From assembly GCF_006345805.1 (NCBI RefSeq), contig NC_042998.1, forward strand, positions 93,062,001-93,126,000: DNA of 64,000 nucleotides, written 5' to 3'. Under the pieces are notes generated by a model. That model saw only the letters and a list, made by a program, of their open reading frames with translations, did no database searches and was not told where the DNA came from. The stretch is from Octopus sinensis (Eukaryota). The position numbers and the translations under genes were made by a program. Shown one piece after another: positions 23,371-36,347 of the stretch (its first letter is position 1; each line of letters begins with the position of its first letter).

Positions 23371-25144
23371 ATGTGTGTATGTGTGTGTGCTGCTTTCTGT
23401 TTGTGAGTGCATGAGGCTATTTAGTGTGTGTCATACTGGAAGGATGTGTAGGAGAAATAGAGGTGACAACAGTTGTAAGTATTGGGAAACATTGGTGTAT
23501 TATATACTGATTACTAATACGGATATGTATATATATAGAGAGAGTGAGAGCATCTAAGTACATGAAAAAGACAAGAAATTGCCTTGACTTTCATGTTAAA
23601 AATAGTCTTGTAGACACAATTTCAATTTTAAAGGAATTCATTTAGACAAAGAATTAATAGCACCAATAATATCCAAAATGCTCAAAATAGGTATTTCACA
23701 TTTTCCGCTTGTGGTGCTTAGTGACTATAACTGAGATGCTACACAAAACTGATGTCATATTCGGAATCTGGACCCCCAAAATTAGCCCAAATACCCTTTA
23801 TCAAAAGGTGCTACAACTGTTGAAAACCAATGTTATTAACCAAGAAATGTGCTTCTAAATGTTTGATGTTTATTTTTTAAAAATAATTAGCCATTTAACA
23901 TTTGTTTACTAACCAATATGATGCTGCTTCTTCCAATTTTTTTAATCTTTGTTTTGGACCCATTCTGTAAATAGAAAGCTATTTTTTTCCAAACCCAAGA
24001 AGTATATTCTGGACGAATATTGAATAGATAAAAGTATTGATTTATACAGTTTTCATTTTCAACAAACAACTTAATGCTTCAAAAGGTTTCAACTTTCCTG
24101 ATCTTTTAAAGGTTTCTTGGTTTCTGGTAACACTGAGTATCAATTGAATATTAGTTTTACATCTTCCTTCTAGCATTTGCATTTTGAAAACTGACATTAG
24201 ATAAGTTTAATGTCATCATAACAATAAGTGAATGTGATTTCTTTTGTTCCCCGAATTTTTCTGTTTTTGAAACATAAGCTTTTTAATGTCTCATTATTAT
24301 TTAAATACATAAGGTTAAATAAATTAATGATTTTTTGTCAATTATGTTGAGTCAATTATAGTCTACGGTTAGAATGTGGAAGCTGTGCTTGTCACAATGG
24401 AAGCATGGCAACCAATCAGAATGAAAATTAGATGCTGTGAGATCATGATGACCATGATGATCACGATCATTGTCTTTGTTACAAGATCTATTCTTCCATG
24501 CAGTAATGGTTTGAAGGAGTCTATTACAGAACAATTCTCCATATATCATATGCACAAGTAAAGAAATTATCCAAAAGCAAGAGAGAGAAGCAAGGAATAA
24601 GATATAAACAATTAATGGTTGGATTAAAGGAAATGTAAGAATGTGATAAGACCAGCAAGAAATAGTATACAAAGTAAAGTGTAAGTTAAGATATTAAAAG
24701 AGAACCAAACTGTTATATTACACTGGATGGTGAAAGAGGAATGCTGAAAAAGAAATATGAGCAATAAGCTCTTGAGATACTTCCAAAATAATAAAAAAGT
24801 TTTCTTTCCTGGAAAGTTTTCATTCTATAAAATACTTTTAGGAAGGAAATTAAAAAAGCAAAATGTCAATATTCAAGGAATGATTTCAAATGTAAGTGGA
24901 ACTAATAGCTGCGATATAATTCCTTTTCATAATAGGAATAGATTCCTGATTTTATGGAACCTTCTCCATGTAATGAATATATTTTTAAGTATATATAACT
25001 ATATAAGTATGTGTATGTATGTGTGATGGTGATAAATACAGGAAATATGCATTCGCAAACATATCTAGATATATTAGATATATGGATGTATATGTTTGTG
25101 TGCATGAGAGTGTCTGTGGATGTGTGTGTGTGCGTGTGTGTATG

Positions 25145-25256
<112 letters not shown>

Positions 25257-27189
25257 AAGGTATGTATAAATATGCATGTATATATAGTGAGAGAAAAATA
25301 GAAAGACAGACAGACAAAATAAGGCTATAAGAAAAAAAACACATGTTCAAAAACATGCAGAGATTTATATGCGATGTATGTGGGTAGGTACACAGGTACA
25401 CACAGGCCCATGCACAAACACACACACACACACACACGCACACACACACACACACGCACACTTAAGAAAATTATGAAACATGTGACAGAACATATGAATA
25501 AATTGATTCTACATAAAGAATATATTTCTGTCATTACTCTAAAATAGTCTTGGGTGTTATTGATTCAAGAAAGAATTTGCGACAGCATGGTTAGAAATTG
25601 TTGGAACCACAGATTCACTCTAGGGATTATAATCCAAAATTACATGAAATAAATTAATTCATATTCACTCATACTTTCCTTTATGAAACTGTCAAAGTTA
25701 CGCTATCAGATAATTTCTTCTGGATTGTGACTGATATATAGATATAACATAACTAGAGGAATATGTAATATGTGCTGATTCTGACATACCAAAAATCAAG
25801 TGCAACCATGAATATGTCATTAAGAAGTTTGTTTTACAAGTACATGATTTTGGGGTCAAGCCAATTGTGGAGCACCTTAGGTAAGTGTTGGCATATCACA
25901 TAAGTGTCTCCCACTGCAGCCTCATGTCAACCAATGTCTTGTGAGTAGATTTTGATAAACTGGAACTGTGCTGACACCAAGGCACACACACACATACATG
26001 TGCATGTGAGTGGGTGTGGGTGTAATGGGAGCAGGTGTGGTGTGTGGTTAAGAAGCTTGTTTCCCAGCCATGTGGTCTTGGGATCAGATCAACTGTGTGA
26101 CACCTTGGGCAAGTGTTTTCTACTGTAACCCCAGGACAACCAAAGTCTTGTGAGTGCATTTCATTGACAGAAACTGAAAGAAGTCTAATTTTACATCCAT
26201 AATGTGTGTTAAAATTATAACAGCCATATTTTTCAACTGAGTTTCTCCAAACTGAGAACATACATTACTTATGTTCCAGGGATGGTTTTAGACTCTTAAA
26301 ATTTTTCACGTAATGAGTAATGGGAGCAGAAAATGCCTGTTCCTGGATTTCAGAAATTGATTGTCTCCTTTACATCCATTGGTCAAAAAATTATCACAAT
26401 CTCATCTAATATATAAAATAGAGATGTGTGTGTATTCGCTTTTCACGCATATCTCTACCTCTCTATATCTCTCTATCCATCTCTATCTGTATCTCTCTAT
26501 ATCTTATCTATCGATCTATATCTATCTTATTTGTCTAACTAGCTAGTTCTCTCTCTCTCTCCCCTCTCTCTATATCTTACTCATTCTCTATTGTTTTCAC
26601 TTTAAGTTCAATTGCTATTGCTTTCAATGAAAGTTTTCAATTGCTATTTACAAATTACTGACCAAAAGAAGTTCCCAATTACTGTTGAAAGTAATTTCAT
26701 ATATAATTTAAAGGCAGAAATAACTTCATAAATTTCACTTCAATCCGTACGCTTTGTGAAATTTGCCTACAAATTTCTTATTTACTTTTGCAACGTTTTG
26801 TGTTTTTTGTTGTAGACAGAATTACTGATAAAAGTAAGTTCATAATTTACTGACAGAAGTAACTTCAAAAATTTCACTTAAATCCATACATTTAGTTGAT
26901 TTCCCTAAAAATTTCTTATCTACTTTTGCAACGGTTTTGTGTTTTACTGTTGTTAATTGCGTTTTTCTGGTTCCTTCGATACTGGCTCTTTGGTTCACTA
27001 AGTGACAAGTTTCACTTCAACCTGTACTATTCTTTATTTTCCATAAAAATTTCTTATTTACTTTCTGCCTGTCGTATTAAGAAATATAATTTCCATTACC
27101 CAGTTATTTTCATTGTTTACTATCTTCTGCCCCTGTGTGTTTTTGTATACGTATATATATCCATGTCTAGAAGGAAAGTGTCAAATTTG

Positions 27190-27765
27190 TCTACAATCTC
27201 AAGCTAAATGAATGTCTCTGTCCAGGGAAAGATAGACACCTGCAGAAAGGGATGCATACCAAGAAACGAACAGACTGTGCACTACAAAAGCTAGAGCATC
27301 TCAAAGTGATGAACAGAGGTATGCATAGCTGACAAGGAATAGGATCTCCACTGCAGGACAAAGAGCAATTGCAACAGCCCAGAGAAGCAACTTCTATGAA
27401 GCAGCTTTCAATTATGATCCAGCAGTTCATTATATAGATGACCCTAGAGTTTCCATTGGTGCAATGACAACTGAGTGCATACATTGTAAAGCAAGGAAGT
27501 GGCCTGGAGAGACACCTGCACTGTGCTGCAGTGGTAGAAAGGTTAAACTTCCTTCAATCCTCCAACCTCCAGAGCCATTGAAGAAACTGTTGTCATCAGC
27601 TGATCAAGATTCCAAGCACTTCCAAAACAAAATTAGATAATATAATGCTGCACTACAGATGACATCATTTGGAGCCACAAGAGATTTAACTGAGTGACGA
27701 TTCATGCAAACTTTCAAGATCCAAGGTCAGATTTATCATTAGATTAGCTCTTGACTACCTCTGTC
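27190..27765 (+). mobile_element. Helitron RepHel N-terminal fragment (pseudogene)
   Basis: IGAMTTECIHCKARKWPGETPALCCSGRKVKLP...HFQNKIR*YNAALQMTSFGA...TFKIQGQIYH. Confidence 0.88.
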
Positions 27766-28283
27766 AAAAAGATCACCAAAATCGGCCTTTCATTGTTTAT
27801 AATCTGTACCTGTTTTTTGGTTATGAAATAAGCTACACAAAATGTGATTTTGAATTACATGTATTTATTTTATACACATATATAAGTTGAAAACTTTCTT
27901 TCAACATTTCACTTAACGTCTATGTTCCATGCTGGCATGGGTTGGAGAGTTATTAATGTAGAAAGTTGGTATTTCAGCTACTAGCAGTCGAGACCTGTAT
28001 AATCTAGACAGTGTTTTTTAAATTTCATTATTCTCTTTAACCTGGGCAACCCCGAGTGTATGTGCCAGTATATATATAAAACATGAACAAGAATGGGGAA
28101 ATCACATCTTTAATTGATGATTACACCATACAATGCCATTGATTTTTTTTCTATTGTGCTAGCATATTTAGATATAGAAAAAGGTACAAACCAATATATC
28201 TGAAAATTTATGCTAACACACTGTTATCAAGGTAACCCAAAACAGACTATTTAGTGACCTGAGATAATATCTATAATGCATGA

Positions 28284-28324
<41 letters not shown>

Positions 28325-28679
28325 TGGTATGTATGTATGTATGTATGTTTGTGTCTGTGTTTATGTGTACCCTTGTTTAAACATTGCATGATGTTGTAAT
28401 TGACCGTCAGTATCATACCAGCAGGGTTGTTTATTTCCATTCTTCTCTGCAAAAGATGTCTAGCTACAGAAAAATATTGCCTTGCTTGGAAACGGATGAG
28501 AATTGGTGATTGAAAGGGCGTCCAGTTGTAGAAAATCTGCCTCAACAAATTCCATCTGATTCACACTAACATGGAAAGGTGAGCGTTAAATATTGATGAT
28601 ATATATAGGGGAGAATTCATGAAAAAACAAAAGACAAAGACAGGTGCTGTAGAAAACAAACGCTCGGAAATTGAAAAAG

Positions 28680-28717
28680 TCTTTAACGTTTCGAGCCTAT
28701 GCTCTTCCACAGAAAGA
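28680..28717 (-). ncRNA. Minimal hammerhead-like motif with non-canonical core CUGUGGA, inside a TA-flanked ~160-bp element (28607-28768)
   Basis: UCUUU-CUGUGGA-A-GAGC-AUAG-GCUC-GAAA-CG-UU-AAAGA: 5-bp helix I, 4-bp helix II, palindrome AACGUU. Confidence 0.6.
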
Positions 28718-29319
28718 AACACAGAATGAAAGAAGGAGAGAAAAAATGTGTGTAGTGGCTAGCGATGCATATATGTATATACATATATATCAGTTGAATA
28801 AAGTTACAACATGGTCTGGTTTTCATGTTTTTTTATTATTGTATTTAAAAAAAATTATTTACAATATTGAAGTGTGTTAAACATTAAAAAAATATTTTGT
28901 AATGTTCATAAAGTTCAGTTAACGCTTTCATATGTTTGTAGTAATTATCAGATTTCAAAATGTATTTAACTGGCAGTTGAATTCTTGACAACTGTAGTAA
29001 AATGACTGACTTCTTCCTTTTTATACCTTTTAGAAGGGTCTAACAGGCTGAATTTTTGGAATATGGTTTTGACCAATCAGTATGCAGCTTAAACATCATG
29101 GATTACTGGGTGCACCATTATTACTGGCATAGATCCCACCTTTATTTTAGCCAATTGGCTTATGATTTATATGTAATGGCTTCTTGAGTGAGTAAACCTA
29201 GTTGGTTTCAATCATTTTTATTTCAATTGATGGGAGCCTTCTCTAATTTGTTTACATTCATATGTTAAAGATAGTTTTTAATCCACATCATTAACTGGTT
29301 GCTATATTATTGTTGTTAT

Positions 29320-30993
29320 TTCTGTTCAGAAGAGGTATGAACATTTTGATAAACCGTTTTTCTTTTATCTTTCTTCCAACACCACATGTGTCATGTAGTT
29401 TGTGGAAAGGAAAAATTAGAGACATTTTCTGACCACATGTTTCTATATGTTCGCTCAATGAAATTTGGCAAACATTAGTGTTCTGGATTTGTTGTCTGTG
29501 GACTCATGAGCATTCCGATAATGTATTCCTTGTCTCACCAATATATAGTTCTTTGCAATTAGGGCATTTAATGCAGTAGATCAAATTTCTGCTTTTGCAG
29601 TTCATATCTGCATTTGTGAAAAATCTGTCCATTTTTGTTCTAATGGATCTACCAGCATGCCTGTATTGACATGTTCCACATCTGTTATCATTACTCTTGG
29701 ATTCTTTGAATGTTTTATCCTGCTTATTCATGTTGAATTTTACCTTTGTTAATAGTTATGTGCCTGCCTTTTGCTTAAGATAAGTGTTTGATTAGTTATT
29801 ATGTTTTTAATTTTTCACTTCGTTTCATGGGTGGCAAATTTGTTGTGATGATGTTTAAAATGTTTTGGTGATGTGGATTGTGTGTTACAAGAAATGGTAT
29901 TTGTCTTTTTCGTGTTGCCCTAAGTTGTTCTATAGGTATCTCTTTTGCTCATTGTATGCTATTTTCTATAAGTAGGAGTAGGTATTTTTGCTTGAGCAGA
30001 AATCCTTTGAGTTCCATAAGTCGTATCTTCCTGGTATATGGATCGTCTACTAAAGTACTGGCTGGTTACATTTTGTGTGTGTTGGATGGCATGATTTAAA
30101 ATTTAGGTACTGTTGTGTGTCTGCTTTTGTAATAAATATCAGCTGTGATTGTGGCATTGTTTTTAATTACCATTATGTCAAGAAATAGTAAATGTATGTT
30201 GCTCATTTCTTTTTGTGAATTTGAGACTAGGGTGCAGATTGTTGAGGAAGGTACTGAATTCTTCCAGATTTTCAAGGGATTTGGTCCAAATAAGGAAACA
30301 ATCATTGAGGTATCTTTTCCATGTGTCTTCTATATGTCTTCTAATGGTCATGCCATAGTTTTCTTCAATTTTTTATATAGGTTTTGTTCCAAGCATCCCA
30401 ATACTGAGTTCACAAAAACTGGAGTAAATCACATGCCCATAGTTGTGCCTCGAATTTGGAGGTAATTTTTTTCATTGAAAAGGAATGTATTATTTTCAAA
30501 GATGAGGCTGACCACATCTAGTATGAAGGTTGCAGTAAATCTACTGGGGATCGCTTCTCTATGTTTCCTGACCCAATATTTTATGTCGGTAATTCCCAAA
30601 TCATGTGGTATGTTTGTATATAAGTTTGTTACATCAAAACTAACAGTGAATGGGATTCTGATGTCTTGGGCAGATGGGACACTGAGTATGTGACTACATA
30701 GTGGTTTTAGGAATATGTCAATGAAGTTGCTCAGATGATGTGTAAGACAGGCTGGACCAGCTATAATGAGTTTTAGTTTAAGGTCTTTTGGTTTTGGTAG
30801 TTTTATGTATTCACTACCTTGTTTCTTTATAGCATTTTGTATTTCTTTTGACTTGAGTATTTTAGGTAAGCTGTAGAAGTTGCTGGATTTCGACTTAAAA
30901 TTGGTAATACAGTCCCTTTCATTAGGAATGAGAGGGTTATAATATTTTGAGACTAAATAATTGAGTTTTTTCGTGATGTGGTGGTCAGTATTT
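29320..30993 (-). mobile_element. Penelope-like element, RT plus C-terminal GIY-YIG, degraded
   Basis: FYSLPKI...IIAGPAC...SFDVTNLYTNIPH...YLQIRGTTMG...WKRYLNDCF...NLIYCIKCPNCKELYIGET. Confidence 0.92.
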
Positions 30994-31297
30994 ATACGTC
31001 TTAAAAATGGTAACACAATTGTCATCAAACAAGCGAATAAAGTGGGGTGCTATTGTTATAATAGATATGGAATATTACCAGGATCTAGCTGAAGATCATT
31101 TAAAGGATACAACATTATACTGTGAAATACCCTCAAATATTGACTACCGCATCATGAAGAAACTCAATTATTTAGTCTCAAAACATTATACCTCCCTCAC
31201 CACTAATGAAAGGGACTATATTACCAATTTTGAGTCAAAATCCAGCAACTTCTATGGCTTACCTAAAATACACAAATCAAAAGAAATACAAATTTCA
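30994..31297 (+). mobile_element. Inverted fragment of the same PLE family (RT N-terminal region)
   Basis: IVIKQA.K.GAIVIIDMEYY...NFYGLPKIHKSKEI; 31136-31293 is the reverse complement of 30840-30993 (~87% identity by manual count). Confidence 0.85.
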
Positions 31298-31379
31298 TGA
31301 ACTGAAAGCCAGAGGGGGACCAGATAAACTACCTGCATCAACTTGCAATAAAAGCAGGTAATAATTTTACCTTGTTTTT

Positions 31380-32497
31380 ATTCTCAGTGCAAATTTTGAT
31401 GAGTGCAGTTCAATTGTAACAGTTATTTTTTCAAAGCTATAATGGAAGTGACAAAGGAGCATATTTGACATATTTTGCTTTATGAGTTCAATAAAAGCAA
31501 CAATGCAACAAAAAGTGTGAGGAATATAAATGCTGTATATGGGGATCAAACAATAAGCGTAATCCAGTGTTAATGGTAGTTCCAGAAATTCCAAGTTGGA
31601 AACTACAGCCTAGAAGATGAGCCTCACCACCCTGGAAGACCTGTAGTGCTCAACAAGGACATCCTGCATACCATGGTGGAACAAAATCCCATCATAACTA
31701 TTGAGGAACTAGCAGATAAGCTTAGATTTGGTCGTTCAATTATTCACTGACCCCTTACTTACCATTGCAAAAGTCAGCAAATGGGTTCCTCACAAACTTT
31801 CTGAGTCTAATCGCACACAGAGAGTGAACGTGTGCTCTTCTTTGTTGTCACTTCTCATGAATAAATCTTTTTGGGCCTGAATAGTTACTGCTGATGAGAA
31901 ATGGGTTCTCTATAAAACTGTCAAGCATCAAAGACAGTGGATAGGGAAAGAGAAACACTGGTACTCCAGGCTAAAGAAGGTCTTCACCCACGTAAGGTGT
32001 TGTTATCTGTTTGGAGGAATATGAAAAGTTTAGTCTACTTTGAACTTTTAAACCCAACCCAAACGATAATAAAGGAGATCCACTGTGAGCAGTTTGAGCA
32101 GTTTAAGTCAGTGCTAGAAGAAAGACAACAATCTTTGGTTTCAAGATGAAAGGTGTTCTTCCATTAGGATAATGCTTAACCACATATAGCAAGGATGACA
32201 TTCCAAAGGCCAGAGCAGTTTGAATGCCCCACTCATCATGTTCTCCAAACATTGCTCCATCTGTTTATCACTTATTTCGCAGTCTTCAAAATCATTTGGA
32301 AGGAAAAAATATGAATTCTGTAGACAAGGTCAGATTAGTAATGGAGGAGTATTTTTGGAAAATTCTACCAGATAGATGGAAAAGCATTGTAGAAAATGAA
32401 GAAGAATATATTTTAGATTAGAAAGAACTTTGTTTATCTTAATTTTGAAAAATAAAAGAAGTATAAAATAAAGCACATTATTTATGAGATGACCCAA
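31380..32497 (+). mobile_element. Mariner transposon relic
   Basis: MEVTKEHI*HILLYEFNK..., ADEKWVLY, HPRKVLLSVW, SPNIAPSVYHLFRSLQN; right TIR atttatgagatgacccaa followed by TA. Confidence 0.9.
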
Positions 32498-33054
32498 TAT
32501 ATATATCTATGTCAATTCTCTCAGATGTGATAACTTTCAGACCTTAAATTGAGTATTCTTTATTAGATACTTAAACATGCAAATATTTTGTGTGTATGTG
32601 TTTGTCCCCACACATCATCCAATGATAAATATCAGTGAAAGATGTAAGCATTTGCTTGGAAAACCAAAAACCCTGGTGGTGCTGAATTAATCTGTGTAAC
32701 ATTATGACATTGGTTCCACATAGCATTGCACAGATAATCTCTTTTCCCTCTCACTATCAGATATAAAGTGAAAGTGAAAGATCCATTGGAATCCTGTAAT
32801 GAATGATACTTGTCTTCACCAAAAATTATATAAAATAAAAATAAAGAAATGCACCAATTTCCTTTAGTTGTCAAATCCACATGTTCTCCATTAGAGTTTT
32901 GAAACCCAAATTTATATTGAAGCAAAGTAAGAAATATTTTCTTACAGAACATTAACATACACACACGTGCAAGCACATGTGCACAGAACACACACACACA
33001 CACACAGAGTTTATTCAACTACTGCTTCTTCACAAGTAAAATTTATATTTATAA

Positions 33055-33425
33055 AGTGGCTGTGTGGTAAATAGCTTGCTTACCAACCACATGGTACCAG
33101 GTTCAGTCCCACTGCATGGCACTTTGGGAGAATGTATTGTACTATAGCCTTGGGCCGACCAAAGCCTTGTGAGTGGATTTGGAAGACAGAAACTGAAAGA
33201 AGCCTGTCATATATATGTATATATGTATGTGTGTATATGTTTGTGTGCTTGAGTTTGTCTTTCCAACATCGCTTGACAACTGATACTGGTGTGTTTACAT
33301 CCCCGTAACTTAGTGATTCAGCAAACAAAGAATAAGTCTTGGGGTTGATTTGTTCAACTAAAGGTGGTGCTCCAGCTTGGTCACAGTCAAATGGCTGAAA
33401 CAAGTAAAACAAGTAAAAGAAAGAA
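33055..33425 (+). mobile_element. SINE family A
   Basis: Collinear with 1694-2094. Confidence 0.8.
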
Positions 33426-33535
33426 TATATGTGTGTGTGTGTGTGTTTTCTTTCTTTTACTCATATACACATAGTCCATTAATTTATAGACATAGTTGAA
33501 TGAGATCTTCTGACAGATGTGTGCATATGTGTGTG

Positions 33536-33573
<38 letters not shown>

Positions 33574-34464
33574 ATATGTATGTACATGTATATATACAAA
33601 ATAAGAAAATGGAGAAATACATCTAAATCAAATATCAATTACCAGATAATACTCAATCACATACTTTATTAAACCACCACATAAAAAACTATAGGGTTAA
33701 ACATAAAAAAGTAGAGCAAAACAGTGTACATAAAGGAGTATACATAAAAAAGTGTACATAAAAGAGTAATGTTATACAATAAGTGGAAGAATATATGTAT
33801 ATATATATATATACATATACATATACATATACACACACGCATATATATATATATAGAGAGAGAGAGAGGAGAGTATTGTAGTTTGCTTGAAGCATTGTGT
33901 ATTGTTTGTAAAGTATAAAATTTATTCTTCAGATATTCTTAGATGTAGTTGCTGCTATAATTGGTTTGCCAACAGCTTTTCTTTTTTATTTTTTTGGGAA
34001 GCGTCTCAGCAGTGGTCTCATGAAGCTCCTTCCGGAATTCCTCATGAGAAGTGCGTGAGGTCGGCCATGTCTCAATCTCGTGTGTGTTGGTACATCTGAA
34101 GCATTGTAGCACTGCTTCTAAGTTATGTATTATATGTGCAGCTTCCTTTATTTATTTATTTATATATATCACTCATGGAGTGGTTGGCGTTAGGAAGGGC
34201 ATCCAGCCGTAGAAACACTGCCAGATTTGACTGGGCCTGATGAAGCCTTCTGGCTTCACAGACCCCAGTAGAACCGTCCAACCCATGCTAGCATGGAAAA
34301 CGGACGCTAAATGATGATGATGATGATGATGATGATATGAATTGTATGAATGTGTATAGGAGAATATATATTAATCAATGAAATTCCAACCTAGTCTGAT
34401 TTTTATGTTTATGATTTACAATTTTCACAATTTTACGATATTATAATAATGAAATATATATATA

Positions 34465-34616
34465 TTTATTGTGATAATACTAGTACCTTCATGCATTACA
34501 CAATCATCAGGTTTATGTAGTAGTTGTGAGTCATGTTCCCAAGCACAACTGTCACTACTTCTCCATAAATCTGATGATTGCATAATGCATGAAGGCACTA
34601 GTTTTATCACAATAAA
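34465..34616. repeat. ~150-bp hairpin / MITE-like element
   Basis: tttattgtgataatactagtaccttcatgcatt..catcaggtttatg pairs with cataaatctgatg..aatgcatgaaggcactagttttatcacaataaa. Confidence 0.8.
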
Positions 34617-34621
34617 TCATA

Positions 34622-35249
34622 TCTATAAAAGGCATGGTGTGTGTACATGATTGCAATTTATGCACATCCACAAATTAGCACGCATGTCGCTCCAAACCTA
34701 TCTGGGTTTTGTCAACTTATTTTTTTCCTGAGGCACCCGCAGATAGCAGTAAAATTCTATTTTTAGCCATAAAAAATATCAGCCATAGCTTTTTGATGGC
34801 GTCTAACAAAAAAAAATATAAAGGAAAGTGGAAGAGGGGCAGAGAGTTTCATGGGAAAGACAAAGTGAGAGAGGGAGAGAGAAAGTGACGACGTTCATAA
34901 AAAATAAAACGTAAAATGTTTTGTTTTTTCTTAAACATGAGATATAGTGTTCAAATTTAGGATGTTTTTGAAAGACACTATATTTTATAATAATAGTATA
35001 TATACTTTCTCACACAACAATTACAATATATTTATTTTAAATCATTTATTTATTTTAAATCGTTCATCTTTCTCCCCCCTCTCTCTCTCACACATTACTT
35101 TGGGTGTGAAAGAGTTTTGTTTTTATTTTACGCCGAGTAAAAAAGTATTTTGTTGAGAGTCAATATTACTTAGTTTGGTTTGAAATAAAGAACTTGATTA
35201 GCTTAATAATCGTAACTTAACCCCGGGCAAAGCCGGGTTATACTGCTAG
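34622..35249 (+). mobile_element. Non-autonomous Helitron
   Basis: 5' TC(tataaaa); 3' hairpin cccgggcaaagccggg then CTAG; inserted between A and T. Confidence 0.75.
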
Positions 35250-35319
35250 TATATAATATTCCAGAGATGTGCTTGCATAGCAAGTGACCTGATCTGAGAT
35301 TGTGTGCTGGAACAAAAGC

Positions 35320-35600
35320 AATTGCAGCATGGAAGGTATTTATAAACCATTTAAGAAATACACAAAAAAAGTTAGATTCACTTCAACATTTAAATATAAT
35401 TTGCCAAAATATTTTCGTTACTTTGAGACTGCAACCTATTCACTGACAAAACTCCGTGCAGCACAGAATTTTGTCAGTGAATAGGTCATGGTCTCAAAGC
35501 AACGAAAATATTTTGGAAAATTAAATTTAAATGTTGAAGTGAATCTAACGTTTTTTGTGTGTTTCTTAAATGGTTTATAAACACCTTCCATGCTGCAATT
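35320..35600. repeat. 281-bp near-perfect palindrome containing an inverted pair of hammerhead-like motifs (35400-35450 on -, 35470-35520 on +)
   Basis: Arms meet at ~35460; - arm reads UUUGUCA-GUGAAUA-G-GUUGC..GUAAC-GAAA-AUAU-UU-UGGCAAA. Confidence 0.85.
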
Positions 35601-35821
35601 ATTTATATAATATTTTATTATTATATATTGTAAAATTGTGAAAATTTTAAATAATAAAATGTGAAAATCAGACTAGGTTGGAATTTCATCGATTAATCTA
35701 TATATACTGCATTGGTGTGTATAATTTCTTTATTTGTGAATTAAGGCTACCATTGGTTTCATGTTAAGAAAAGTAGTAAAATATCCTGTCTTAACAATAT
35801 ATATATATACACACACACACA

Positions 35822-36299
35822 CAGAGGCAATAACAAAGGAATTCAAGACAAAATGCCCCTGGAAGTTCCTCTATGCTGAGTCATTATCAGAACTAGAGGA
35901 GAAGTTTCAGGTGTGGAAGCAAGAATTAGAATCGAAGGACCTTAGAGTCAACCTAGCAAAAATCAAAGTCTTGATAAGTAGGAAGGCAGACAAATCACAA
36001 ATCAAGTAGATGGCCCTGCTTGATCTGTAGAAAAGGCATAGGTAGAAACTCCATAAGATGTGTGTAGTGTAAGCTATGGACACATAAGAGGTGCAGCAAT
36101 ATCAAAGGAAAACTGACTGGGAAGATAGTTTTTGTGTGTGGCAAATGCTCAGGGGCAATAAACACTGAAAATGTGCAGAAAACACCTTGCGTCACATTCC
36201 AAGGGGAAAAACTACAAGTAGTTGATAGCTTCCATTACCTGGGTGACCAAGTCAATAAGATGCTCTGAAAGCATCCGACCCATTACTGACATAGTCACC

Positions 36300-36347
<48 letters not shown>

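Noticed and set aside
24352-24672. Hydrophobic ORF suggesting a membrane protein or receptor exon
   Set aside because: No recognisable motif or clear splice sites; hydrophobicity is expected from T-rich sequence.
28915-28960. CUGAUAA...GAAAGCGUU as the hammerhead of the 29-31 kb PLE
   Set aside because: G8 is mutated and helices I and II do not pair.
34560-34616. CUGAUGA...GAAG in both arms of the 34465-34616 hairpin as a hammerhead
   Set aside because: GAAG replaces GAAA, there is no usable UH triplet or helix III register, and helix I is offset.
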